Origin: Eledone cirrhosa
Taxonomy: Eukaryota
Direction of reading: 5' to 3'
Length of the DNA stretch: 64,000 nt
Assembly (NCBI GenBank): GCA_964016885.1
Contig: OZ024742.1
Span: forward strand, 346,146,001-346,210,000
The notes below the pieces were generated by a model. That model ran no database searches, had not been told where the DNA came from, and was given only the letters and a program-made list of their open reading frames with translations. The translations under genes were made by a program, and so were the position numbers. Of this stretch, positions 13,648-30,831 are shown piece after piece (the stretch's first letter is position 1; the number at the start of each line of letters is the position of its first letter).

Positions 13648-14055
13648 TATCTATCTATCTATCCACCTAGCCTAGGCCAGTTTCATTGACTTTGGGGTAA
13701 TGGATGGTTCCTTTAATTTTGCGCCTGCGCAAACCTGTGGAGGTGAATTGGGGCTCCCAAGGGAACGGGCGAGGGATTCAAGAACACGCGCCTTGTCCGT
13801 TCCCTTGTCGTTTCAATTTGGATTGCCTCGGGAACGTAACCTTATTGTGTAAGAAGCTGTCTGAAGATGTCACGGCACTGGGTACACGGAATCGTGTGGC
13901 CACTGTCGTCATTGAAATATGTATCACAGCATTATGATTAAAGGACTTTAACATCTGAACCTACTTCGCTTTTTCTTATATATATACTACGTTTTTCCTA
14001 TGTGGAAAAAATACATCGAGTGCTTGAATTGAATTGCATCAATATTTATAGTAAG

Positions 14056-14093
<38 letters not shown>

Positions 14094-14096
14094 GGT

Positions 14097-14142
<46 letters not shown>

Positions 14143-14214
14143 TGAGAGACGAGAGGATGTTTGAGAGAGAGAGAGAAAGAAAAAAAGGAAAAAGGAAGAT
14201 GACCAAGATATCAC

Positions 14215-14285
14215 GCAGTGGGATCGAACTCGAAATTTATGCGTGCTAAGCGGATCTCTTAACCACTCGACCATGCTTCCTCCAT
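14215..14285 (-). mobile_element. tRNA-like SINE head fragment
   Basis: Minus strand has an A box (atggtcgagtggttaag) and a B box (gagttcgatccc). Confidence 0.5.
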
Positions 14286-15143
14286 AACTGTATAGAGTAC
14301 ATCCCATAGGATCTGCTCTGTGGCTACAAAACCGTAACCAATTCATAGCTACAAGGAACGGTGTACGAGCGTCAATAGAAAGTCCATAGGCTGACTATGA
14401 AGGAGTGATGCTAGAGCTGTGAAATCCTGCATGCGTTTATTTCACTTCTTCTTATTAATAACTGCATTGTTTCTTTCCAGGGACTATGTTGAAAAGTAAA
14501 CTTCTTTTACTCATTGCATGAGAGTATCTTGGTCAGCCTATGAACTCTTCAGCCGATTCTCGTATATCAGAACAGACTGAAGTAAAAATGCCAGGTCTGC
14601 TTTGTCTCAGTTTCTCCAACATGGGAATACTATCTTGATAAAGGAAAAAGACACCGTCCAGCATATAAGGTGAAAACAATAGAAAGAAAGAAATAAAATT
14701 TACAACTCACAGGACCCGCTTAAAGGAGTGTTTGAGGACTCTGTCCCCATTACCCGCTCAGGAAGAAGAAGAAGAAGAAGAAGAAGAAGAAGAAGAAGAA
14801 GAAGAAGAAGAAGAAGAAGGAGACCGACGTAAGTTTAACTGGCATCCTACGAGAGTTTTTAAGGGTTTTTTTATGGTACGGACTCCAGTCTTATCATGAA
14901 AAGCATTCCATGGGAGTATCTTAGACAGCCTATGAACATTTCAGCCGAGCCTCCTCTTATGTTATCAACACATCGTTTCTTTGGTAAGCAAGTATGAAGT
15001 AACAACATTCCAGTGGGTAGACTACATTTTAGCTATACAATCAGATGTATATTGTAACAGCCCAATACACTTCACTAATTAGCCTTAATGTATTTATCAT
15101 GTATCTTAAAACAGCAAAATACAGCTAACTTCTAAAAGATTTG

Positions 15144-15402
<259 letters not shown>

Positions 15403-15476
15403 CATGTATTGAGTTAGAAACTCAAAATAGTCTCATTACAGTAAATTAGCTCTAGGAAAAAGGTTTTTCCGAGCCG

Positions 15477-17382
<1,906 letters not shown>

Positions 17383-17534
17383 ATATTCCTGCTCTGTAAA
17401 ACAACTGATGTTCTTACATTGAGTTATTTCTGTTACTGGTAATAAGGTAGTAATAAATTACTGACCTTCCCTGTTTATAGTTGTTTATAGTATATACATA
17501 ACTATAAATAGTATCTTTATTATTTTATATATAC

Positions 17535-17597
<63 letters not shown>

Positions 17598-17608
17598 CAA
17601 ATATATAT

Positions 17609-19802
<2,194 letters not shown>

Positions 19803-19944
19803 ATATTTAACTCCGTAATAGCACCACCAACTACAAAAACAAAGACGGTTGAACTGCCTTACGTTGAGTACTCTCTATATTATTGCATTACGATTGACCA
19901 TACGGAATAGACCAGCTCTATACAGTGGTGAACCTCAAACCTGA

Positions 19945-20018
<74 letters not shown>

Positions 20019-20689
20019 ATATATAAATATGAAAACATGGCGTGCTGCGTGGTTGCAAATGGGTTACATATGAATAAATTTAGTCCTTCATCAGTGGTCT
20101 GCCAACCTTCATTGGTATTTCATCGCTTTAAAGACCATATACCTCCGGTTGGTGCGAGCAACGGCTAAAGAAAGTCGTTGGGAGACTTAAATAGGGGGTA
20201 CGAGCGAGACAGTAAACAAAGAAAGATGGTAATGCAACGAAAAGTGAGGAAGAAGGAGTCAAGTCCCTCAAATCGATGAACATAAGTTCTGTGAAATCGT
20301 GGACGAGAGAGAATAAAGACCATCCGACCTGGTCGAAGTGTGAGCGAGGAAAGAATTTCGCACAGATCAAACGGGTGGAAGTAGGATAGGGAGTAGCAGA
20401 GCGTGAGTGAGTGAAAGGTGAGGAAGAGGCTAACAGAGAGAGTGAGTGTTAGAGGGGGTAAAGGGAAGTGAGAGATACAGAGAAAAGAGGAAGCAGTAAG
20501 AAAGAAACAGACAGGTCACAGCGGAGGGAAATATATATATGAATATGAAAACATGACGTGCTGCGTTGTTGCAAATGGGTTACATATGAATAAATTTAGT
20601 CCTTCAATATATATATTATATATATATATATCGGTCTGTCTCTCTGTCCTATCTGCCTGTGTATCTATCTATGTACCTGTCTGTCCATC

Positions 20690-21552
20690 CCACTCCATCC
20701 AACACTACCACAATCACACACACAATCAAACCATCACCACACAACATGCCCCTCCCACACACCCCTGATGACGATTCATCACCAGACGAGGCTACTTCTT
20801 CATCCCCAGGTGAAGATGAAGGAGAGCCTCGTAAATAAAAAAAAAAAAAAAAGAGACACCGCAAAGCCACAAAAACAACAAACCAAAACAACACAACAAA
20901 AAAACAAACAACAATACACATACATTAACACAAAAAACAAAAACCTAATGGAGGTCATCTCCCAAGACCCCAAAGTAGAAACTGAGGTGAACACTTTTGT
21001 GAAAGCAGACTCTCAATCACACCTAAAACTAATAAGAGTTTCGATAGAAACCTATCAGAAATTGAAAGAACAGTTTTCACAGGACGTTGGCAACCCCTGT
21101 CAAAAACCAATAAACCGTGTCCTGTTGAAATGTTTCCCCACCCCACTCAAAACCCCCACCAGAACTGAAATGGAGATTGAACAACCCAATCTCCAGGGAA
21201 CGAAAAGATAAGTGCACCTTTTCGTCCTTTTCACCAACTGTTCTCCACCAACATGTCTGACTTACGAGTTGGAAGCGTGAATGTGCGTGGCCTAGCGATG
21301 CCCTGGAAACAGGGCCAACTTTTAAACGACCTTAGGTCACACAGTATAGATGTAATAGCCATCACCGAGTCCAGAATCCACAACAGGCAACAACTAACCC
21401 CCATCTTCAATGATTTTGAGATCTACGCATTTCTCTGTCAGCCGGGGGGTGGAGGGGGAGTGACTGTCATGTTTCAGAAAAACCTGGATCTCGAAGTACA
21501 GCAAGTACACTTGGACCCGGAAGGTAGACTGGTAGTCCTAGACGTGAACAGT
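20690..21552 (+). mobile_element. Internal Tx1 fragment (ORF1 end and ORF2 APE start), different subfamily
   Basis: ORF 21253 MSDLRVGSVNVRGLAMPWKQG is homologous to the 9692 ORF. ORF 20768 is homologous to the 9312 ORF. Confidence 0.85.
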
Positions 21553-21576
21553 ATCTACTTATTATCTACACACACG

Positions 21577-21625
<49 letters not shown>

Positions 21626-21695
21626 GTGTAAATGAAGTAATTCCGTCGGAAAAGTCCAGAAAAAAAGAGTGCTCTATGTAGGTTACAGAGCTTAA

Positions 21696-22145
<450 letters not shown>

Positions 22146-22489
22146 ATATATATATATATATATATATACAAATATATATACATATATATACATATATATA
22201 CACACATTTATAAATAATATTTGGAATAGTTATAATACGCCTCAATATTTCCACGAATACGTAACATCAATATTGATATACCTTCCATTACATCATCCCT
22301 CCTCTCTCTCTCTCTCTCTCTCTCTTATATCTATATTTCGATATATACTGTATATATATATATGCTGTGTGTGTGTGCGTATTTATGTATGTATGTATAT
22401 ATATATATATATATAAGTTTATCCCGGGTTGAATCGGAGGTAACCACAGTAAGTCAGGTACTCAATACAAAGCAGAGTATAAATATTTG

Positions 22490-22594
22490 ATATAGAAAAG
22501 CTTCTACAGGACTAGAACTGTTTCATTTGTGGTGAATCGTGAGCTTCCTGGTGAGTTCTCACGAATGAAACAGTTCTAGTCCTGTAGAAGCTTT

Positions 22595-22601
<7 letters not shown>
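22490..22601. repeat. Mini fold-back with HHR-like apex
   Basis: atatagaaaagcttctacaggactagaactgtttcatt / aatgaaacagttctagtcctgtagaagcttttctatat. Confidence 0.75.
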
Positions 22602-22650
<49 letters not shown>

Positions 22651-22655
<5 letters not shown>

Positions 22656-24102
22656 ATATAGAGGGAAACACACAGATACATGCGGACACATACATATACA
22701 TGAATATATCCACACATATCCCTGTGTCAGTGGTGCCAACCTCATCCTATGTTGCTCTATGAATAACTGGGACAGAACTAACCGAATGGATTAGACTGAT
22801 CCAGTATCAGAGCTATAAAGTACATTATGAAGAGAGAAGAAACATTAGATATAATTAGTAATAAGATATATCATACCTAGCTGCTTCTTCAGTCCCTGAC
22901 TACGTAGTTTCGTGGCATATTATACAAAAACATTAGATCATAGAGATATAGAGTTTTTGTGAGGTTCTGCCGACTTATCAAGGGGATACCTCATTAAGGA
23001 TTTCAAAACACGTCTGCAATGCGCGAGATAGAATCTCGAAAAGGCGGAGGGAGAGTCAATCACGTGATACAGCGGTCAAGAAACAGAGCTAAGCCCCTTA
23101 TAACCCTGAAAAAAATACCACGGAAGCGGAGGGGGTATTCATATCAAAGCCGTAGAAGAGGTGGTTTGAGGAGGCGAGAAATATGAGTAATGGTAGCTAT
23201 CCAGCAGTCACTACACTTCAAAGGTTACCCGTCCAAAGGGAGTTATAAACAATATAGAGAGAGAAACACACAGATACATGCGGACACATACGAGATTCTA
23301 TCTCGCGCATTGCAGACGTGTTTTGAAATCCTTAATGAGGTATCCCCTTGATAAGTCGGCAGAACCTCACAAAAACTCTATATCTCTATGATCTAATGTT
23401 TTTGTAGAATATGCCACGAAACTACGTAGTCGGGGACTGAAGAAGCAGCTAGGTATGATATATCTTATTACTAATTATATCTAATGTTTCTTCTCTCTTC
23501 ATAATGTACTTTATAGCTCTGATACTGGATCAGTCTAATCCATTCGGATAGTTCTGTCCCAGTTATTCATAGAGCAACATAGGATGAGGTTGGCACCACT
23601 AACACAGGGATATGTGTGGATATATTCATGTATATGTATGTGTCCGCATGTATCTGTGTGTTTCTCTCTATATATCGTTTATAATTCCCTTTGGACGAGT
23701 AACCTTTGAAGTGTAGTGACTGCTGGATAGCTACCATTACTCATACTTCTCGCCTCCTCAAACCACCTCTTCTACGGCTTTGATATGAATACCCCCTCCG
23801 CCTCCGTGGTATTTTTTTCAGGGTTATAAGAGGCTTAGCTCTGTTTCTTGACCGCTGTATCAATGATTTACTCTCCCTTCGCCTTTTCGAGATTCTATTT
23901 CGCGCATTGCAGACGTGTTTTGGAACCCTTAATGAGGTATCTCCTTGATAAGTCGGCAGAACCTCACAAAAACTCTATATCTCTATGATCTAGTGTTTTT
24001 GTATAATATGCCACGAAACTACGTAGTCGGCGACTGAAGCACCAGCTAGGTATGATATATCTTATTACTAATTATATCTAATGTTTCTTCTCTCTTCATA
24101 AT

Positions 24103-24107
<5 letters not shown>
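22651..24107. mobile_element. ORF-less HHR element: ~597-nt unit as a >1-unit minus arm joined to a ~1.4-unit plus arm, in (TA)n
   Basis: 22651-23291 (minus) and 23292-24107 (plus) are circularly permuted copies of the same unit. The HHR core TTGATAA recurs at 23348 and 23945. Confidence 0.85.
23343..23436 (+). ncRNA. Type-I HHR, U3-A8 core, extended stem II (copies at ~23940-24033 + and ~22893-22986 -)
   Basis: tcccc-TTGATAA-gt(c)ggca...acaaaaac/gtttttgt...tgccac-GAAA-ctacg-TA|g(tc)gggga. Confidence 0.65.
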
Positions 24108-24165
<58 letters not shown>

Positions 24166-24222
24166 AGTACAGTGAATTTTTTGAAATTTATTTTGAAACT
24201 CTTTCTTATTTGATAAACCTTG

Positions 24223-24273
<51 letters not shown>

Positions 24274-24330
24274 AATGAGTTTTACAATAGATTGGAAGCA
24301 CTCTACTGAAAAAATATTTTTCAGAGTTAT

Positions 24331-25673
24331 TAATATTAATTCCAAATATTAACAAAATAGATATTCTTGTGATCAATTATATTTTATTATACATATTTCA
24401 TAGGTACTGAATTAAGTTCAACAGATTTGCACTTTTAAGTTCAACAGATTTGCACTTTGCTTTTTTTATGTATATTTAACAAACCATAATAGCTGACAAA
24501 TATTGGTCTATTTCTCCACTGAACTGGAGGTAAAACTACTAACAATGATTATAATTATTATTCTTTATTAAATGTATACCGTTTCATTAATACCTATAAT
24601 TATATCTATATATAGCTTGTACAAATATCTTTATCTAGTGTAATAACATAATCGTAGTTACATTTATAAATAATTTAAACACTCAAATGACATTATTATA
24701 AGTGTTTGATTTTCCCTGGAAGGTCGAACTTATATAATCATTTACTTAATACAATATATGAACAAATAATAAACTATAATCTTGGTATATTATGATCAAT
24801 ACATATATATAGCCGAAAATTCTGACTTCTTTAAGTTTAATTATAAGGCCTGTTGATACTTTAGGCACTCAAACTATTTAACAATAAATTCTTTAATAGT
24901 TATAACTGTAAATATCTTATAAATTATATTATAGAAACTGTTGTCAATATTATAAGTAATTTTGGTAAAGATTACCTTCGTGGGGATATCGAACATTATA
25001 TGTATATTTTCTTTCTTTTTCGGGTTTCGTAAATCCTTTAAATTTGTTTTCATAAAATTTGAATTTTAGAAATTTAACATAATTATATTATAATATTAAT
25101 ACAAATACTTATTAACTTTTAAAACCTAAAATTTGATTCTTTACCCTGAAATAACATAAATTAAATATTTTAAAAAATTAACCGCCAACTATATATGAAT
25201 CTGTGTGTGTAGAAACTTGAGCATAAATTACTCCCCTTTGTCTCTCTCTCTTTAATCATCTTTAATCTGTCTTCTCAAGCTAAATACTAAATAAGTTATA
25301 ACATTAGCTACTTCTTCCCCTATGCTTTCCTCTCCCTCCTATTTCTCTAGTAGTTTTTAAATATAAAAAATTCTATAACTGTTATATTGATGCCATGTAT
25401 TTCTTAAAATATATTACTCACACTCTCTCTATTGTTTGTATTACGTTTTCTCATGTTCTCAATATTAGGGTATAAATATTGAGTTTTGTCATAAGTTAAT
25501 CACTACCTTGATTAAATATTAATCATCTACCATGTCAGGGTATGTCATGTATCATTTTCTTTTATCTGATGAGGACGTACTGTTGAACTTAATTCAGTAC
25601 CTCTGAAATATGTATAATAAAATATAATTTATCACAAGAATATCTATTTTGTTAATATTTGGAATTAATATTA
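24331..25673 (+). mobile_element. Decayed PLE-like element with ~93-bp inverted termini and 3' HHR
   Basis: 24331-24424 versus 25580-25673 inverted. The AT-rich interior has a possible eroded YIGE-like motif near 24805 (weak). Confidence 0.6.
25560..25622 (+). ncRNA. Minimal type-I HHR
   Basis: ttttat-CTGATGA-gga(c)gtactg...cagtac(c)tct-GAAA-tatgta-TA|ataaaa. Confidence 0.7.
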
Positions 25674-25732
25674 TATATATATATATAGTTATAGGAATAA
25701 CCAAAGAGTGGTTAGAAATACATTGTTTTATT

Positions 25733-25779
25733 AGCTAACAGTGTTTCATCCATACACCATGGCAGGAATCATCAGAGCC
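25733..25779 (-). ncRNA. Minimal type-I HHR (relative of the 45451/46994 HHRs)
   Basis: Minus strand: ggct-CTGATGA-ttcc...ggat-GAAA-cactg-TT|agct. Confidence 0.65.
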
Positions 25780-26996
25780 TATAAACATCAGTATATCAGT
25801 AGTTGCATGCTCCATCGAGTTGCGTCACTATACAAGGTTAAAGGACCAGCAGGGGGTCCCGAGGCCAGCGCTATATGGAAAAAGACAGAATACATGATGC
25901 ACATAATGTCATAAAATGTCTTAAATTTTTAAGACATTTTCCTATAACTATAACGGCTCTGTAGTATACTAGTTATCCTACATTGAGCTAAAACCACACT
26001 GTCATACCAAGTACAATATATCTGCATGTCTGGGCATATTGATATATTTGTCAACGAAATATATATATATATATATAACAAAAGTCATCGCTCTACATGG
26101 CTGAATACAATAAATGTAATCTGAGTTTTTCAAATATTAATAATATTAAAGCCTCTTTTAAGGACGATCAGTAGAATGAGCCTGAAATGTATTAAAAGAG
26201 GATGTTTGCTTAATTGCAAACGAATCGAATATTATTAATATTCGAAAAACTCATATTACATTTATTGAATTCAGCCATTGCCATGTAGAGACTTTTTGCT
26301 AGTTATTTGAATATGGCAAAGCCGGCCATTAATCGCTCGTATACATGAAACTGACTAGCCTATCTGCTGATATGCAAATTTGGCTGATCAAGAGGTTGTT
26401 TGCATAATTGCAAACGAATCGAATTTTATTAATATTCGAAAAACTCAGATTACATTTATTATGGTGGCTGCAAATTCTGCTAAGAATATTGCAATCGCTT
26501 GTCAGATTAAAGAAAATGGTGCACCTTTAGGCTACAGCCAGCCACACAAACCTGTAACATATCCTGAACAAGCAATGCCTGTACTTTGAGGGTTTTTTAA
26601 GTGATTAAAGGCTTGAACTCGACCAATCCCACTCTCTGAGCATCGAAAACACTACCCAAAAAGGAGAACTGGTCAACATCATCGGATGCTTCCGAAGCCG
26701 CAGGTTTTTTTCCAGAGTTTTTCTCTCTTAGAAAGGTGATGTGACAACAACTGGGGGACTTTCATTCCCAGGTTTAAAAAAAGAAGAAAAAAGTACCTTT
26801 TGGATGGCCGTTGACTCTGCTGAGTTCCTCCGCCCCTCGCCGGGTCTCGTATTTCATCACACAGGGTGTCCAAATATCACCCTCCTTACCAAGGAAGCTT
26901 GGTGGGGTTCCCGGTTTAGTCACCGATGACCCGACCATGAGACAGGTTGTACTGGGTTACATGTTACCAGGAGCACTGACATTTATTTTATATATA

Positions 26997-27035
<39 letters not shown>

Positions 27036-27420
27036 TTTACGTATCGAGAAAGAGAAAAAAAGGGGGGATAGGTGATACATATAGTTATTTGCCAAGTAGC
27101 GTATGCCAAAGGTGCTCGATACTAGTGCCGGCAGTATTAAATATTCGAAGTGTTAATATTTAGTGGGCTAGAGAGTTAGCAGAGCGTAAGCACGTGGGAA
27201 AGTAAAAAATCGGAGAATAGACCGTTAAAACATGTTTATTTCAAATATCACCTACGTACGTTTCGCCCAGTTGGGCTTCTCAAGGGCATAAATAATCACA
27301 AGTGTTCCTTATATTGCTCGGAAAGAGTTTTGGGGGTTAAATCCACATCAAGGTTCATTGCTCGCAAAAATATCTTGTTTTGATTTTGCAGCAGGTCAAG
27401 GGAGGTAACTCTGGCCGTTT

Positions 27421-30052
27421 ATACGGAGAGTCAGATAGAAGGCCTACCACCTGGATAAGAACACCCGTAACCTTCCTGAACCCAAAGAGAAGTATGGCTT
27501 CAAAACATACCAAAACCCACCGCACAACACCTTACTGGACTCCTTTGAAGAGGACCTGCTGAAAATGATCAAAAACGTTAAGCTCAGAAAGAAACACCAA
27601 TGAAGCAATCCATTCTTAACGTCCCTTGATACACTAATAACTAAGATCAAGAATGACCCGCACCTCTTCGTCACCTCCGACAATAGCAAAAAGCTGTACA
27701 AAATGGACGCGAGTGAGTATAAAAAATTCATCTATAAGGAACTACACAAAGACTACAAAAAGACACCCTCTAGTACCCTAAATGACATAAATAGAGTAGG
27801 GAAGGATATAGTCACCAGCTTAGAAATAGAAAAGTACACTAACCCGTACGTCCCTCTGACGCCTAAATTCTCTCTTAAGGATCACAAATATGACTTTAAT
27901 GAAAGCCCCTCTATTAGACTAATATGCCCCTCTACATCAGATATAGGTAAGATTAGTAAAGTGATCCTCGACAGAGTACTACTCGAGCTTAATAGAAAGG
28001 CTAAGGTCTGCCTCTGGGGCAACACCGACCAGGTCATAAATTGGTTCACCGAGTTACCGGATAAAGCCACCCTCAAATTCATCCAGTTTGATATAGATAG
28101 CTACTACGCCTCTATCTCCCCCATACTCTTAAATAAGGCACTTATCTTAGCTAGATCTAACACTAGCTTCACTAAAAAAGAAATAGACATAATTCTAGCG
28201 GCACGTAGAACCATTATCCAGTTCGAAGTCTCCCACTGGACCAGAACCAACCGTCCTGATAACTTCGATGTCACGATGGGGTCCAGTGACTCAGCGCAAG
28301 CAACTGACCTGGTCGGGATATACCTCCTACATAAGCTTAGGGAAGAAATACCGGCCCTACAAGGAGGTGTATATAGGGACGACGCCCTATTTACCGTTAG
28401 GAACCATAGCCCCCGTAGGATAGAGAACCTTAACAAACATATACACAGGTTCTTTAAGTCATACGGCCTATCCGTAACTATGGACCTCAACCATAGGGTT
28501 GTCAACTTCCTGGACGTGACCCTGGAGTTGAGTACGGGCTTATACAAGCCATACCATAAGCCTGGAGAGTGCCTCTCTTATATTAATTATGCCTCCAACC
28601 ACCCTAAGCAGACTCTCGACTCCATAGTCTATAGTATCTCACATAGAATCTCGAGGCTATCCGCCAATGAGGATATCTTCAACCAAGCGGCTGATTACTA
28701 CAATAGGGCCCTGATAAGCGCCGGCTTTAACCGAGGAATTTCCTACATCCCTAACGCTAGCTCTAGAAACCACCCCCCTCATAAAACTAACGTTATAGTA
28801 AGCCATACCTATAACCGATCACGCGGCGACCTCGTTGAAGTCGGATATAATAGAATAGATAACCGCACCAAAGATCACGTCCCCGGCGACGGTGAACACT
28901 GTAGATTACTCAAACTATTCCCCTATTACAAAACCAACAAAGGCGACGGCCTACTACCAACGCCTTCCAACCAACATCTTCGTGTACATAAACATGGAAG
29001 AGGTAGAAAGAGTGCACCCGAGCATAAAGTGAAAGGGGCACCGAACGGGCGACTGCGCATTAACACACATAAGAGCGGTCACTTAGATGGAACCACCCGT
29101 AGCAAAAGTACAAGGACACGTAATCGCCACCGTAACGTCCTATGGTCCCCCCCCCTACTCTCGGAGTGTGGCTTCCAACATACCCCGGATGTTCTTCGAA
29201 GCCTTAGAGAAGAACTTCCCGCCCAACCATAGGTATAGAAAAATTCTTAATAGGAACAATATAAAAATATACTTCTCTACTACTCCTAACCTAGCAGACA
29301 TCATAGGAACAACGAACCACAGTAAGATCACCAAGACACAGAACCTCGACACAGACGCACCTACACCTGACAATAACTATATCGGCCTTAACAACTCCCT
29401 GGCAGAATCCAATAGTGTTGGCAACGGCATCCGCAGACGCAACCAGCATAACCGCGAAATGACGGGGATACATGCAGGACATGACGTGCAGAATAACAAT
29501 CGCACCACCCCGTGTGCTGTGGGTTGTAATGGTGCTAACGAAAGCTGCGGGAGCGTAGGTAACAACGTAGGCAGCAACAATGATAGCCTTACCGTGGGAA
29601 ATAGACGGAACCGCGACAGAAATTGCAACTGCCACGACAGAGGACGCTGCCCCCTTAGAGCATACTGCTTGACTGATAGGGTTATATATAGATGCACTAT
29701 TACTAGCCACAATAGCGTTAAACATTATATAGGGGCCACCTCCGGCCCGTTCAAAATTAGGTTTCGAACACATCTCCACTCTTTCACAAATAGAAAACTA
29801 AGGCACTCCACTTCGCTCGCGGACTACATCACATCACTAAAGGACTTAAACATCAGCTTCTCCACGCACTGGGAGATTGTCGGCAGGGCTGCACCGTACA
29901 ACTTCAAGAGGAAATGCGATCTTTGCCTCATGGAGCTCTACCACATCATAACTGCACCCCACGAGCTCATCAACAGCAGAGCTGAAACAGCGATAAGTTG
30001 TACACATCGCTTAAAAATATCCTTCTTCAGATGGGTTAAGGATGAAGAGTGA
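27421..30052 (+). pseudogene. PLE RT-GIY-YIG ORF, 5'-truncated, two upstream stops and a +1 frameshift in a C9 run at ~29147-29155
   Basis: The frame of the 27703 ORF extends upstream (IRRVR*KAYH..KEKYGFK..FEEDLLKMIKN..*). Removing one C gives RNVLWSPPYSRSV and joins it to the 29087 ORF. Confidence 0.85.
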
Positions 30053-30346
30053 AATAGTACACTGGATCTCCCTGCAACAAGTCTTAACACCCCGGCGGGC
30101 AGGCGCTGCAAAATAACACCCAGAAAACAATCCTTGCATACCAGACCCAGCCTCAGACAAACGGATGCGGCAAAAAAAAAAAAAAAAATTTGCCCGGGAA
30201 AGACTGCCCTAACACCGGCCAGAGTTACCTCCCTTGACCTGCTGCAAAATCAAAACAAGATATTTTTGCGAGCAATGAACCTTGATGTGGATTTAACCCC
30301 AAAAACTCTTTCCGAGCAATATAAGGAACACTTGTGATTATTTATG

Positions 30347-30382
30347 CCCTTGAGAAGCCCAACTGGGCGAAACGTACGTAGG
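30347..30382 (+). ncRNA. Pseudo-LTR HHR with U3-A8 core (mirror copy ~27250-27286 -)
   Basis: cc-TTGAGAA-gccc(aact)gggc-GAAA-cgtacg-TA|gg. Palindromic stem III ACGTACGT; distal stem I ttattta/taaataa. Confidence 0.7.
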
Positions 30383-30439
30383 TGATATTTTAAATAAACA
30401 TGTTTTAACGGTCTATTCTCCGATTTTTTACTTTCCCAC

Positions 30440-30505
<66 letters not shown>

Positions 30506-30579
30506 ATAGACACGCACATGCACACACATACATACAGACAGACACACATATATATATTGTATGTATATATTTATATATA

Positions 30580-30678
30580 CAGGTTGTCCCGAAAAAATGC
30601 ATACACACTTTGATCGCCTGCACAGGCAATATTTATTAGAATATTGTTGAAGTGTGTATACATTTTTGGGACACCTTG
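30580..30678. mobile_element. Tc1/mariner-type MITE
   Basis: TIRs caggttgtcccgaaaaaatgcatacacactt / aagtgtgtatacatttttgggacaccttg, with TA on the left flank. Confidence 0.6.
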
Positions 30679-30746
30679 TGTACTCGATACTTGGGATAGT
30701 AGAGTGACCGGGCCCGACGGCTGAGCTCTTGCCGTTTCAACAGCTA

Positions 30747-30831
<85 letters not shown>

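Larger units (their letters stand above)
27193..30440 (+). mobile_element. Penelope-like element (RT + C-terminal GIY-YIG; Hydra-clade-like) with inverted pseudo-LTRs
   Basis: RT motifs FIQFDIDSYY, FDVTMGSSD, VYRDD, VNFLDVTL. Linker CNCHDRGRC (CxCx5C). EN motifs VIY...YIGAT...R...H and CDLCLME. 27193-27416 is the reverse complement of 30217-30440. 3' end abuts (TA)n. Confidence 0.9.

Noticed and set aside
26075-26460. Repeated gtttgcataattgcaaacgaatcg motif (also ~36880-37200) as an HHR
   Set aside because: A real repeat family with inverted pieces, but the core reads GAAT and lacks a proper CUGANGA; too degenerate to call.
27601-27603. In-frame TGA in the PLE ORF as a possible selenocysteine (reported for Naiad PLEs)
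   Set aside because: The element has a C-terminal EN, so it is not Naiad. It also has a TAG and a frameshift, and CGA>TGA decay is the simpler explanation.
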